A stretch of DNA of 64,000 bases from an uncultured Pseudomonadota bacterium (lineage in GTDB: Bacteria; Pseudomonadota; Alphaproteobacteria; Acetobacterales; Acetobacteraceae): contig CAWISK010000010.1 in assembly GCA_963838805.1 (NCBI GenBank), positions 291,335 through 355,334 of the forward strand. The letters are read 5' to 3'. Position numbers and translations under genes: made by a program. Numbering within the stretch: position 1 is the stretch's first letter; each line of letters begins with the position of its first letter. This document shows positions 12,919-23,276 of this stretch, piece after piece. The notes under the pieces were generated by a model that was not told the origin of the DNA, made no database searches, and worked only from the letters and a program-made list of their open reading frames with translations.

Positions 12919-14478
12919 CTAGCCGGCCAGCGTCTCGGCCAGTTCGGCAAGCTGCGTCTTCAGCACCTTTCCGGTCGGGCCGCAGGGCAGCGACGGCATC
13001 AGCGCGATGCGCGACGGGCGCTTGTACGGGGCCAGTTGCCGCGCCGCCCATTCGGCCAGCTCGGCCGGAGTGATGGCGGCGCCGGAAGTGGGCTGCACGA
13101 AGGCCAGGATCTCCTCGTTGCCTTCGGTCCGATGGCCGATCACCGCCGATTGCAGGACGCACGGATGCGCGGTCAGCACCGCCTCGACCTCCGCCGGATA
13201 GACGTTGAAGCCGTAGCGGATGATCAGCTCCTTGCTGCGGCCGACGATGGAGAGGTGGCCGTGGCGCATGCAGGCCAGGTCGCCGGTCCTGAACCAGCCT
13301 TCGGCGTCGATCGCGGCGCGGGTCGCCGCCACGTCCTTGTAGTATCCCCGCATCACGTTCGGGCCGCGCACCTGCAACTCGCCGACATCGCCATCGGCCG
13401 CGACCACGCCGCCATCGGCACCGACCAGCCGGATCTCCACGCCGGGCAGCACGCGCCCGACATTGCAATCCGACTGCGGCTGGTCCACGCGGGTCTGGGC
13501 GATGGTGGGCGAGCATTCGGTGATGCCGTAGCCGTTGTGCAGGACCAGACCGAAGGCGCGCTCGACATCGTCCTTGATCGCCTGGTCGAGCGGCGCGCCG
13601 CAGGCACCGAGCAGGCGCAGGCCCGGCGCCTCGATCGTGGCGAGGCGCTTGGCCTTCGCATACTCCAGCAGCAGCGCGAACATCGCCGGCGCGCCGAGCA
13701 GGATCGTCACGCGGTCCTGTTGCAGCGCCTTCAGCGCCGCGGCCGGGTTGAAGCGCAGGCAGAGCTGCAAGGTGGCTCCGTAAAGCAGCGTGCCCAGCAC
13801 GACCACCGCGAGCCCCACGATGTGCGAGACCGGCAGCACGCCATAGAAGCGGTCGTCGGGGCCGAGCGAGCGGACCGCGCCCGAGCTGCGCGCCATAAAC
13901 AGCAGGTTGCGATGCGTCAGCATGACGGCCTTGGGCGAACCGGTGCTGCCCGACGTATAAACCAGCGCCGCCACCTGGTCGGACGGGTCGTGCGCCACCG
14001 GCGATGGCTCGGCGCGGTCGTCCGGCTCGACAACGGCGACGGAGCCGAGGCCGGGCACGTCCTCGTCCACAGCGCCTATCCGGGTTGCGTGCGCGCGGGC
14101 CTGCGGCGAGGCCGAGGCGGTCAGAATGAGCAGCCGCGGCTGGCAGTGGCCGCAAATCTCCTGGAGTTCGCGCTCCGACAGCCGGGCATTCACCGCGACC
14201 ACCCAGGCGTCCAGCTCGGCCACGGCCAGGATCAGGGCGACGGCCGCGCGGCAGTTCTCGGTGACGATCACCACCCGGTCGCCGCCGCGCACGCCTTTTC
14301 CCGCGAGCCACCTCGCCGTGCCGGTCATCACCTCGGCCAACCGGCCATAGGACCAGGCGCCGTCGTGATCCACGATCGCCAGCCGGTCAGGGCAGCGCGC
14401 GGCCCAGGGGGCCACGACCTGGCTGATGCGCGATGGCGGTGTCGCAGGCCCCTCCCTTGCCTCCAGGCCGGAGAGCAT
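12919..14478 (-). CDS. class I adenylate-forming enzyme (acyl-CoA synthetase / fatty-acyl-AMP ligase-like)
   Basis: Core motifs YTSGSTGSPKAVMLTHRNL, GYGITECSP, WFRTGDLA, GRSKELIIRYGFNVYPAEVE, PTGKVLK. Start at MLSGLEA (ATG 14476-14478) inside track ORF 12919..14916. Confidence 0.88.
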   Translation of the reverse strand: MLSGLEAREGPATPPSRISQVVAPWAARCPDRLAIVDHDGAWSYGRLAEVMTGTARWLAGKGVRGGDRVVIVTENCRAAVALILAVAELDAWVVAVNARLSERELQEICGHCQPRLLILTASASPQARAHATRIGAVDEDVPGLGSVAVVEPDDRAEPSPVAHDPSDQVAALVYTSGSTGSPKAVMLTHRNLLFMARSSGAVRSLGPDDRFYGVLPVSHIVGLAVVVLGTLLYGATLQLCLRFNPAAALKALQQDRVTILLGAPAMFALLLEYAKAKRLATIEAPGLRLLGACGAPLDQAIKDDVERAFGLVLHNGYGITECSPTIAQTRVDQPQSDCNVGRVLPGVEIRLVGADGGVVAADGDVGELQVRGPNVMRGYYKDVAATRAAIDAEGWFRTGDLACMRHGHLSIVGRSKELIIRYGFNVYPAEVEAVLTAHPCVLQSAVIGHRTEGNEEILAFVQPTSGAAITPAELAEWAARQLAPYKRPSRIALMPSLPCGPTGKVLKTQLAELAETLAG

Positions 14479-14498
14479 CCGCGTGTTCCCGCCTGAGG

Positions 14499-15323
14499 CT
14501 ATTGCAGGACCAGACGCGAGTCCGCGGGCTTGCCGTGCTGCGGCACCTGCCGGGTCCGCCCGACCGCCTCGGAGATCGCCGTCCAGAACTCGATGCGCGC
14601 GGTGAGGGCGCGCACGGCGGCGTCCGCCGCCTCGGCCCATTTCTGCGCGTCGTCGCCGCAGAGATCGGCCAGCATGGCGATCGCCATCGGCGCGTGCTCG
14701 CCCTCGTCCAGATGGATGTGCCGGTCGAGATACTGCTCGAAAGTGCGCAGCGCGTCGCCGCGATCCGGAATGTTGTCGATGATCGGGCGGAACATGTTGG
14801 GAATGGCTTCCTCGCGCCCGAAGGTGAAGGCGGCGGCCACGACATGCGGCTTGTTGCTGGCGATGAAATCGAAGGTCGTGCGCACGAAAGCCCGGGCCAA
14901 TTCCGGCGCGCCGCAATCGCGCAGCGCCGTCTCCAGGTCGATGCCCTCGCCGATCAGCACGAAGAGGTCGTCGAGCTGCGACACATCGGCGCCCAATTCG
15001 GCCATCGCCCGGCGATAGAACTCCAGATGGCTGGTCGGCATCCCGTCGATCTCATCGGACTCTTCCTCCAGCACCATCTGGTTGATCAGCCGCCGCGCCC
15101 GCGCGCTGGGTGTGGGGCGCCACATCGAGTCGGTGCAGGTCAGGTGCCGCTGCAATGCCTTCAGCAGCGACATGAAATCCCACACTGCGAAGATGTGGTG
15201 CTCCATGAACACGCGCACATCGGCGACCGACGCCAGGCGGCCGTACATCTCGTGCGATGCCAGCTCGGCGCGCACGGGCTCGATGCGACGCAGCAGATTG
15301 TACACCCCGACGGCTGCCGACAT
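14499..15323 (-). CDS. DUF3050 (heme-oxygenase-like fold, MgoB-like) protein
   Basis: 274 aa with the family hallmark VFMEHHIFAVWDFMSLLKALQ and LEEESDE...SHLEFYRRAMAELGAD. It lies 20 nt upstream of the ligase gene on the same strand. Confidence 0.8.
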   Translation of the reverse strand: MSAAVGVYNLLRRIEPVRAELASHEMYGRLASVADVRVFMEHHIFAVWDFMSLLKALQRHLTCTDSMWRPTPSARARRLINQMVLEEESDEIDGMPTSHLEFYRRAMAELGADVSQLDDLFVLIGEGIDLETALRDCGAPELARAFVRTTFDFIASNKPHVVAAAFTFGREEAIPNMFRPIIDNIPDRGDALRTFEQYLDRHIHLDEGEHAPMAIAMLADLCGDDAQKWAEAADAAVRALTARIEFWTAISEAVGRTRQVPQHGKPADSRLVLQ

Positions 15324-15527
15324 GAGACTACCCCTCCAACTTCAATCGCTGGCGAGGCAAGGGGCGTGCCAGGAGGAAAAACTGTCCAGGTCAGCGGCTT
15401 AGCCGGAACCCTAGATCACGTCGTAAAATTTTCCGACGTCTGCTCCGCCGAGCAAGACACCGATCTGGACGCCAGCCTGGACCGCGTGCGAGACAACGAT
15501 GCTCCTCTCTGAAAGGGAGGCTAGCCC

Positions 15528-16335
15528 ATGTCGCGCATCATTCCGGCCCTCGGCGGTGTGCCGGAGACCATGCTCTGGACGCTCTACGCCCGCGCCAGCG
15601 AGGCGAAGCGCGAGGCGGGCATCCTGCGCGACCCGGAGGCGGTGCAACTCCTCGAACTCGCTCGACTATGATTTTGAACGCAAGTTCGGCGAGCCGAGCG
15701 TGCTTTACGCCGTGCGCGCAGCCCTGATGGACGGCGCGCTGCGGGCATGGCTCAGGCGGCATCCTGATGGCCTCGTCGTCTCGCTCGGCGAGGGCCTGGA
15801 GACCCAGGCCTGGCGCGTGGACAACGGCCGGATGCGCTGGCTTTCGGTCGATCTGCCGGAGGCGATCGAGGTGCGGGCGCGGCTATTGCCGCCGACCCCG
15901 CGCCTGTCTCATGTGGCCGCAAGCGTGCTGGAGCCGGCTTGGATGGAGGCAGTCGATGCGGCCGCCGGGCTATTCATCGTGGCTCAGGGGCTGTTCATGT
16001 ATCTTGACCCATCGCAGGTCGAACGACTGTTCAAGGATCTCGCGCGGCGCTTCCCGGAAGCAGAGTTGCTGTTCGACATCGTGCCGCGCCGGCTCTCGGA
16101 ATCGACCCTGCGCGGGCACGCGCACACGCAGGATTATGTGCTTCCGCCAATGCCGTGGGGCCTGGACCACGACGAGGTCGCGCCGACTCTGCGGCGGTGG
16201 CACCCCGGTCTCCGCGCCCTGCGGTTCCTGCCCTATCGCTACCCGACCCGGCGCCCCGCCTTGATCGAGGATTTGCTGGACCGGATCGTACCCGGCCGAA
16301 CGCCGCCCGCGAGCCTGGTCCAGGTTACGCTCTAG
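15528..16335 (+). pseudogene. class I SAM-dependent methyltransferase, TcmP / leucine carboxyl methyltransferase family (frame broken by a 1-nt insertion near 15654-15660)
   Basis: AAGGGAGG Shine-Dalgarno before ATG 15528. Frame A reads MSRIIPALGGVPETMLWTLYARASEAKREAGILRDPEAVQLLE and stops at 15669-15671. Frame B (track ORF 15499..16335) continues LDYDFERKFGEPS...VVSLGEGLETQ.... Confidence 0.8.
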
Positions 16336-16351
16336 GCATCCGCGCGCGGAT

Positions 16352-17437
16352 TCAGTCCGCCCGGCTCGCGGCATGCAGGCAATCAGATAACGTCGCGCCC
16401 AAGGCGCCCGCGTGCTCGGCGATCATGTCCAGATGGTCGCCGCTGACCGGCCTGACCACGAGACTCTGCGCCATCCTGCCCCAGATGATGTCCGGATGGG
16501 CCGGCAGATCATGATTGCCCACCGCCTCGATGAACGTGATCGTGCCGGGATAGAATCGCCGGCGGTAATGCGCGGCCGCGATGAATCCGGCCTCGATCAC
16601 CCGCTGCGTCGCCTGCGGCACGATATGCAGGTTCCTCTTCTGGCGAGCCTCGCCGCGGGCGCGGCCGCCGGCACCGAAATCGCTCAGCACCCCGCGTATG
16701 CGACTGATCAGATACGGCAGCGCCTCACCGGCCCGCAGCTCGCGCAGCCGGCCCGCGTGGTGACGGGCGCGCCGTCCCCAGATGCGGGCCTTGACCCCGA
16801 GCGGAAGATCCTTGGGATGGATGATGGTGTCGAGCAGCACCAGCAGCGCCACATTTTCCCCCGCCTGCATGAGCGCGCGCGCAATCTCCAGCGCGGTCAG
16901 GCCGCCCATGGAATAGCCGGCGAGGACATACGGGCCGTGCGGCTGCACGTCGCGGATCAGCGGCAGGTAGTGCGCGACCATCGCCTCGATCCGGTCGAGC
17001 GGGATTTCGCGTTCCGCGAGGCCCGGTGCCCGCAGGCCGTAGATCGGCCCACTCGCCTGGGTCGCCCGGGCCAGGGGCAGCAGGTCGATCGCCGAGCCGC
17101 TGACGCCCGGGGTGATGAACAGCGCCGGCCCCTCGCCGCCCGCTTTCAGCCGCACGATGAAGGACGGTCCTGCCGCCTGTTCCTCTTGGTCGAGCAGTTC
17201 CGCGAGAGTCGAGACGGTCGGCGCGTCGAACAGGGCCGTGGTCGGCAGCCGGACCCCTGTCGCCTCCTCGATCTCGACCGTCAGCCCCACCGCCATGATC
17301 GAGTCCCCGCCGAGATCGAAGAAATCGTCCTCCGCCCCGATCGAAGGGCATTGCAGCACCCGACTGAAGATGTCGGTCAGCAGCGAGACGGTTCCCGCGC
17401 GCTGCCCACGCCCCGGCACCTCCCCGACAGCCGTCAT
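16352..17437 (-). CDS. stand-alone carrier protein (PCP/ACP)-thioesterase didomain protein
   Basis: Phosphopantetheine site DDFFDLGGDSIMAV and alpha/beta-hydrolase TE with GYSMGG. Start at MTAVGEV (ATG 17435-17437, AAGGA about 9 nt upstream); alternative ATG at 17467. Confidence 0.85.
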   Translation of the reverse strand: MTAVGEVPGRGQRAGTVSLLTDIFSRVLQCPSIGAEDDFFDLGGDSIMAVGLTVEIEEATGVRLPTTALFDAPTVSTLAELLDQEEQAAGPSFIVRLKAGGEGPALFITPGVSGSAIDLLPLARATQASGPIYGLRAPGLAEREIPLDRIEAMVAHYLPLIRDVQPHGPYVLAGYSMGGLTALEIARALMQAGENVALLVLLDTIIHPKDLPLGVKARIWGRRARHHAGRLRELRAGEALPYLISRIRGVLSDFGAGGRARGEARQKRNLHIVPQATQRVIEAGFIAAAHYRRRFYPGTITFIEAVGNHDLPAHPDIIWGRMAQSLVVRPVSGDHLDMIAEHAGALGATLSDCLHAASRAD

Positions 17438-17827
17438 CGCCGGCGTCCTTTCCCGATCGAGCGTCATCACCGAGCACATTCCCACGCCCCGCCCTGAAGA
17501 CGCCACGTACAAGCAACTCACGTGCCGGCCACGGTGCCCAGACATTTTCGCGGTTGCTTCAGCGGCTTGCGACCAGCCCCGTCGCGCCGGTACGGACAGT
17601 CCGGCCAGACCTGTCAAGAATTCCGACACCTGCACCCGACATGTGACGGTGAATTTTACACACCGCCGATGCCCATGCCGGTTGAGCGTGGGCTCGGCCG
17701 GCCAAGACCTTGGCCGGGGCCGCTAATCCGTCTCGACCAGAAAATGGCATGTCAGTTGCTTATCCCGTGTCGAGCGCCGCGCCCCGGGCCGATCCCGCGG
17801 CACGGGCGCGATCCCGCAGGAGGCGAC

Positions 17828-19147
17828 GTGAAGCTCGAGACCCTGGCCATCCACGGCGGCTTCGATGGCGATCCGACCACCAAGGCGGTCGCCGTGCCGA
17901 TCTACCAGACCGTCGCCTTCTCCTTCGACAGCGCCGAGCACGGGGCCGCCCTGTTCGACCTCGCGGTGGAAGGCAACATCTACAGCCGCATCGGCAATCC
18001 GACCAATGCCGTGCTGGAACGCCGCGTCACGGAAATGGAGGGCGGCGTCGGCGCGCTCACCGTCCCCTCCGGGGCCGCCGCCGTGCATTACGCGGTCGCC
18101 AACATCATCGAGTCCGGCACCAACATCGTCTCGGTACCGCAGCTCTACGGCGCCACCTACACGCTGTTCGCGCATCTGCTGCCCAAGCAGGGGGTCGAGG
18201 CACGCTTCGCCGCGAGCGACAGTCCCGCCGATATCGAGGCGCTGATCGATGCCAAGACCCGCGCCGTCTATTGCGAGAGCGTCGGCAATCCGGCAGGCAA
18301 CATCGCCGATCTCGCGGGGCTCGCCGCGGTCGCGCACAAGCATGGCGTGCCGCTGATCGTGGACAACACGGTGGCGACACCGATCCTGCTGCGCCCGTTC
18401 GAGCACGGCGCCGACATCGTGATCCACGCCATGACCAAGTTCATCGGCGGCCACGGCACGACGCTGGGGGGCATCATCGTCGATAGCGGCCGGTTCGACT
18501 GGGCCGCGCATCGCGACCGCTTCGCCTTCATGAGCGAGCCGGAGCCGTCCTATCACGGCGTCGTCTATACTGAGCAGTTCGGCAACGCCGCCTATATCGC
18601 CCGCTGCCGCACCGTCTGCCAGCGCAACACCGGCTCCATGCTGGAACCGCTTGGCGCGTTCCTGCTGCTGCTGGGGCTGGAGACGCTGCCGCTGCGGATG
18701 CAGCGCCATCTCGAGAACGCGGCCGCCGTCGCCGATTTCCTGCGCCGCGATCCGCGCGTGGGCTGGGTGCAGTGGGCGGGCTTCCCGGACAGCCCTTACC
18801 ACGCGCTGGCACAACGCTACCTCGGCGGGCGCGGCGTCTCGATCCTGACTTTCGGCGTCAAGGGCGGGTTCGAGGCTGGGCGGCGCACCTTCAACGCGCT
18901 GGGGCTGTTCAAGCGCATGGTGAACATGGGCGACGCCAAGTCGCTCGCCACGCACCCGGCCTCGACCACGCACCGCCAGCTCTCGCCCGAGGAACATCGC
19001 CGGGCCGGTGTCACGCCGGACATGATCCGCCTGTCCGTGGGCATCGAGCATATCGACGACCTGCTGGCCGATCTCGACCAGGCGCTGGACGCGGCCGGCG
19101 CCGCGAACGGGCAGCCGGCAAACCGGCTCGCGGATGCGGCGGACTGA
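17828..19147 (+). CDS. metY: O-acetylhomoserine aminocarboxypropyltransferase / sulfhydrylase
   Basis: GTG start after GCAGGAGG. KLETLAIHGG...NPT...; PLP lysine context HAMTKFIGGHG. Cys/Met-metabolism PLP family. Confidence 0.92.
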   Translation: MKLETLAIHGGFDGDPTTKAVAVPIYQTVAFSFDSAEHGAALFDLAVEGNIYSRIGNPTNAVLERRVTEMEGGVGALTVPSGAAAVHYAVANIIESGTNIVSVPQLYGATYTLFAHLLPKQGVEARFAASDSPADIEALIDAKTRAVYCESVGNPAGNIADLAGLAAVAHKHGVPLIVDNTVATPILLRPFEHGADIVIHAMTKFIGGHGTTLGGIIVDSGRFDWAAHRDRFAFMSEPEPSYHGVVYTEQFGNAAYIARCRTVCQRNTGSMLEPLGAFLLLLGLETLPLRMQRHLENAAAVADFLRRDPRVGWVQWAGFPDSPYHALAQRYLGGRGVSILTFGVKGGFEAGRRTFNALGLFKRMVNMGDAKSLATHPASTTHRQLSPEEHRRAGVTPDMIRLSVGIEHIDDLLADLDQALDAAGAANGQPANRLADAAD

Positions 19148-19169
19148 TGCCCCGGCAGGAGCAGAAGCG

Positions 19170-20147
19170 ATGAGCGATCGCATCGACATCGGGCTGGTGA
19201 ACAACATGCCGGATTCGGCGCTCAAGGGCACCGAACGGCAGTTCCGGCATCTGCTGGAACAGGCGGCGGATGGGCTCGCCGTCCGGCTGCATCTGTTCAC
19301 GCTACCGGAAATCGCCCGCTCCGAGCGCGCCCGCCAGCACTGCCGCGAAAGCTACGGCAGCCTCGGCGATCTGCTGTCCAGCCGGCTCGACGCGCTGATC
19401 GTCACCGGTGCCGAGCCGCAGACGGCGCGCCTGCGCGACGAGCCGTACTGGCGGTCGCTCACCGCGGTCTTCGACTGGGCGGCCGACACGACCGTGTCCA
19501 CCATCCTGTCCTGTCTCGCTGCACACGCGGGCGTGCTGCATTTCGACGGGATCGAGCGCACGAAGCTACCGCAAAAATGCCTCGGCCGTTTCGACCTGTC
19601 CTGCGTCGCCGAACATCCCCTGACCCGCGGCGCGCCGACACCGTGGCGCGTGCCGCATTCGCGCTGCAACGAGGTGGGCGAGGCGGCGCTCGTCGCCTCC
19701 GGCTACACCGTGCTGAGCCGCTCTGAACAGGCCGGGATCGATCTGTTCGCGAAGCAGCGGGGCAGCCTGTTCCTGTTCTGCCAGGGCCATCCCGAATACG
19801 GACGCGAAACGCTGTACAAGGAGTATCAGCGCGACATACGCCGCTACCTGACCGGCGAACGCGACACCTATCCCGCGACTCCCTCGGGCTATTTCGACAG
19901 GGACAGCGAAATGCTGCTCGCGCAATTCGCGGCGCGTGCCACGCAACAGCGCGATCTTGATGTGCTGCGTGCCTTCCCGCCCGTTCTGCTCGACGGCGCA
20001 CGGGCATCCGGCTGGTCGTCGGTGGCGAACTGCGTCTATGGCAACTGGCTTAGTCATATCGCCGCGGAGAAGGCCGCCCGTCTCGCCGCCGTGAGCAGCG
20101 CGCCGCCGCGTGCGGTCGCGCTGCGCGAGCCGATGCTGGCGGCGTAG
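19170..20147 (+). CDS. metA: homoserine O-acyltransferase, MetA (HTS) family
   Basis: IDIGLVNNMPDSALKGTERQF..., CQGHPEY motif. Lies 22 nt downstream of metY. Confidence 0.85.
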   Translation: MSDRIDIGLVNNMPDSALKGTERQFRHLLEQAADGLAVRLHLFTLPEIARSERARQHCRESYGSLGDLLSSRLDALIVTGAEPQTARLRDEPYWRSLTAVFDWAADTTVSTILSCLAAHAGVLHFDGIERTKLPQKCLGRFDLSCVAEHPLTRGAPTPWRVPHSRCNEVGEAALVASGYTVLSRSEQAGIDLFAKQRGSLFLFCQGHPEYGRETLYKEYQRDIRRYLTGERDTYPATPSGYFDRDSEMLLAQFAARATQQRDLDVLRAFPPVLLDGARASGWSSVANCVYGNWLSHIAAEKAARLAAVSSAPPRAVALREPMLAA

Positions 20148-20277
20148 GCGACCGCTGCCGCCGTTCAAGCGGCGCACGCGAGTGCTGCTATGACGGCTCG
20201 CAACAAGCCGGCGATCTCCGGGCTCGTCCCAATTCGCGCGCCGCCGGCTCCGGAGGGGCCGGCGGCGGTTGCGGGTC

Positions 20278-21144
20278 TCAGGCCAACCAGGCGTTCACCA
20301 CGTCCGCGTGCTGATCGACCCAGGCCGCCGCGGTCTTTGCGGGGTCGGCGCCCTTCTTCTCGTTCTCGAGCATCACCGCCTGCTCTTCCGGCAGGGTCAG
20401 CTTGAACTTGGACATGATGGCGTAGGCTTCCGGCATGTCCTTCTTCAATCCCTTGCGGGCCACGGTGTTGACCGTCTCCTCGCCGCCCAGCGCGCCCTTC
20501 GGGTCCGCCAGGTATTTCAGCTTATAGGCGGCCCACATCCAATGCGGCGTCCACGAGGTCACGACGATGTCTTTCTTGCGGTCGATCGCGTCCTTCAGCG
20601 CCCCCACCATCGTCGCATCGCTGCCGTCGACCAGCGTGATGTTGGACAGGTCGTACACCTTGATCGCCTTTTCGGAGGCGCGCATCAGCCCGGCGCCGGG
20701 ATCGATGCCGATCACCTTGTTGTCCACCAGACCGCCCTTCGTCTTGAGGTCGGCGATCAAGTCCAGCTTGGTGTAGTCCGGCACGGCCCAGCCCAGCCGG
20801 GCGCCGGTCAGGTTCACGCCGACCAGGTCCACCTGATCCTTGAGCTTGGCGTAATAGGCGGCGTGCGTGGTGGGCAACCAGCCGGCCGCCATCGCGTCGG
20901 CATCGCCGGTTGCCACCGCCTGCCACATCGCCGCACCCGAGACCGGCGTGAGCGTCACGGTGTAGCCTGCCTTCCTGAGTGCCGCCGCCAGGATGTTGGT
21001 CGCGACGATGGTGTCGGACCACTCCACATAGGCCAGGCGAACCGTGCCTTTCCCGGCCGCGAAAGCGCCGCGCCCGAATGTCGCGGCACCTGCCGCGGCG
21101 CCGGTAAGGGCAGCGGCGCCCAGCAAAACTTGTCTGCGTCGCAT
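20278..21144 (-). CDS. proX: glycine betaine/proline betaine ABC transporter substrate-binding protein
   Basis: Tat-like signal MRRRQVLLGAAALTGAAAG. OpuAC-type core VRLAYVEWSD...GWLPTTH...IGIDPGAGLM. Confidence 0.9.
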   Translation of the reverse strand: MRRRQVLLGAAALTGAAAGAATFGRGAFAAGKGTVRLAYVEWSDTIVATNILAAALRKAGYTVTLTPVSGAAMWQAVATGDADAMAAGWLPTTHAAYYAKLKDQVDLVGVNLTGARLGWAVPDYTKLDLIADLKTKGGLVDNKVIGIDPGAGLMRASEKAIKVYDLSNITLVDGSDATMVGALKDAIDRKKDIVVTSWTPHWMWAAYKLKYLADPKGALGGEETVNTVARKGLKKDMPEAYAIMSKFKLTLPEEQAVMLENEKKGADPAKTAAAWVDQHADVVNAWLA

Positions 21145-21176
21145 CTATCATTCCTCCGAGTTATTGGCCCAACCGC

Positions 21177-22019
21177 TCAATGCGGCTGCGCGCGCCTGGA
21201 AATCTGCTGCGTGATGCGGTCGAGGATGACCGCCAGCACCGCAATGGCGATGCCGGCCTGGAAGCCGCGCCCGGCCTCCAGCCGCTGGATGGCGCCCCAC
21301 ACTTCGCGCCCCAGGCCGCCCGCGCCAATCATCGCCGCAATGACCACCATCGACAGCGACAGCATGATGGTCTGGTTGATGCCCGCCATGATGGTCGGCA
21401 GCGCCATCGGCAACTGCACCTTCATCAGCTTCTGCCAGGGCGTCGTGCCGAAGGCGTCGGCGGCCTCGGTCATCTCGCTCGGCACCTGCAATATCCCCAG
21501 CGCCGTCAGGCGGATCGTCGGCGGCATCGAGAAGATCACGGTGGCAAAGCAGGCGGACACTGCGCCGAGCCCGAAGAACGGGATAGCCGGGATCAGATAG
21601 ACGAAGCTCGGCATGGTCTGCATCATGTCCATGCACGGCGCCACCCCGCGCCACAGGCGCCGGTTCAGCGCCGCGGCGATGCCGAGCGGCAAGCCGATCA
21701 GCACTGCCGCGAAGGTGGCGATCACCACCAGCACCAGCGTCGAGATCATCGGGTCCCACAGGCGCAGATTCCACAGGAATCCCAGCCCCACCAGGGCCAG
21801 CAATCCCAGCCGCCAGCCGGCGAACCGCCAGGCGGCCAGGCAGAAGACGAGGATGAACGCCCAGGGCGGCACCGCCTGCAACCCGGTCGTCAGGCCACCG
21901 ATCCAGGCAGAGACCACGTGGCTCACCACGCGGGTGACGCCGGCGCCGTGCGCGGTCAGCCAGTTCAGGGCATTGTCGCAGATGTCGTCCAGCGGGAATC
22001 TGGGGATGGACCAGTTCAT
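21177..22019 (-). CDS. proW: glycine betaine/proline ABC transporter permease
   Basis: Starts MNWSIPRFPLDDICDNALNWL (ATG 22017-22019) inside track ORF 21177..22691. EAA-loop region SEMTEAADAFGTTPWQKL. Confidence 0.9.
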   Translation of the reverse strand: MNWSIPRFPLDDICDNALNWLTAHGAGVTRVVSHVVSAWIGGLTTGLQAVPPWAFILVFCLAAWRFAGWRLGLLALVGLGFLWNLRLWDPMISTLVLVVIATFAAVLIGLPLGIAAALNRRLWRGVAPCMDMMQTMPSFVYLIPAIPFFGLGAVSACFATVIFSMPPTIRLTALGILQVPSEMTEAADAFGTTPWQKLMKVQLPMALPTIMAGINQTIMLSLSMVVIAAMIGAGGLGREVWGAIQRLEAGRGFQAGIAIAVLAVILDRITQQISRRAQPH

Positions 22020-23276
22020 GCCGCCTCCGCTCCGCCCAGTGCCGGGACCGGAACGGTTTTCCGCGCCCGCGCCAGCGCGTTCAGCGCCATGGTGCGGTCG
22101 AGCGTGCCGAGCAGCACGCCGCTCGCGTCCACCACCGCGACGTGGCGCGCCTCCGCGGCGATGACCGACAGCGCCTGGCGCAGCGTGAGTCCCGCCTCGA
22201 GACGGGCGCACGGCTCGACCGCGTCCTGCACGAGCGCGCCGCTGCGGCACGCATGTTCCAGCGCGCCGCGCGCCACGCGCCCCAGCAGGCGGCCATCGGG
22301 TGCGGTCGCGAACAGCGCGTCGCAGCCGTGCGCCGCCATGCAGTCGAGCCCCTTCGACGGCTCGTCGGACAGTTGCAGGCGCGGCGCGTGCGGGTTGGCG
22401 AGCCCGGCGAGGGTGAGCACGCTGGACACGTCGATATGCTCGACGAAGCGTTCGACATAGTCGGTGGCCGGGGCGGTCAGGATCTGCTCGGCGGTGCCCA
22501 CCTGCACGATGGCGCCGTCCTTCATCAGCACGATGCGGCCGCCCAGCGCGATCGCTTCGTCCAAATCGTGACTGACGAACACGATGGTCTTGCGCAGCCG
22601 CTCCTGCAGCGCCACGAGTTCCTGCTGCATGTCGCGGCGGATCAGCGGATCGAGCGCGCTGAACGCTTCGTCCATCAGCAGGATGCGGCATCGGCCGCGA
22701 GCGCGCGGGCCAGGCCCGCGCGCTGCTTCATGCCGCCGGAGAGCTGCGCCGGGGGTCTTCGACTCCCAGCCATCCAGGCCGACCAGCTTGATCGCCGTCA
22801 TCGCGGCATCGCGGCGCTGGGCCGGGGGTCGCGCCCTGCACTTCCAGTCCGAATTCGACGTTCTCCAGCACCGTGCGGTGCGGAAACAGCGCGAAGTGCT
22901 GGAACACCATGCCGAAGGTGCGGCGGCGGAAGTCGCGAAGTTCGCGCACGCCCATGCGCGTCACATCCTCGCCGCCCACGCGGATGCTGCCGTGCGACGG
23001 TTCGACCAGGCGGTTGAGGCAGCGCAGCAGCGTCGACTTGCCGCTGCCCGACAGGCCCATCACCACCAGGATCTCGCCCCGCGTCACGTCGAAGCTGACC
23101 TGGTGCAGCGCGATCACGGTGCCGGTGCGTTCCAGGATGCCGGCCCGGTCCGCGCCCGCCTGCAACAGGCGCAGCGCCTCCTTCTCGCGCGCGCCGAACA
23201 CCCGGGTCACTTCGCGGACCTCGATGAGCGGCTTTGCGTCCGCGGCACCGGGCGCTTCAGCCACGGCGGGCGACAT
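22016..23276 (-). pseudogene. proV: glycine betaine/proline ABC transporter ATP-binding protein (three indels near 22826, 22753 and 22685)
   Basis: Walker A GLSGSGKST and Q-loop lie in track ORF 22728..23366. The ABC signature LSGGMKQRAGLARALA is readable only in a third frame. Walker B ILLMDEAFSALDP and the CBS-pair tail lie in ORF 22016..22801. Two of the shifts coincide with G5 runs at 22824-22828 and 22751-22755. Confidence 0.88.

Noticed and set aside
17438-17827. A SAM-responsive riboswitch (SAM-II or SAM-V type) in the 390-nt leader upstream of metY-metA. The region has a strong hairpin ccggccaag-acc-cttggccgg near 17690-17725 and repeated gatcccgc near the RBS.
   Set aside because: I could not recognise the conserved SAM-II/V core or an AAAGCU-type 3' element by eye. 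A cmsearch with Rfam RF00521 and RF01826 would decide.
20241-20265. A bidirectional rho-independent terminator between the convergent metA and proX genes (stem ccgccggc/gccggcgg).
   Set aside because: The 8-bp GC stem is real, but there is no U-tract on either side, so the evidence is too weak to annotate.
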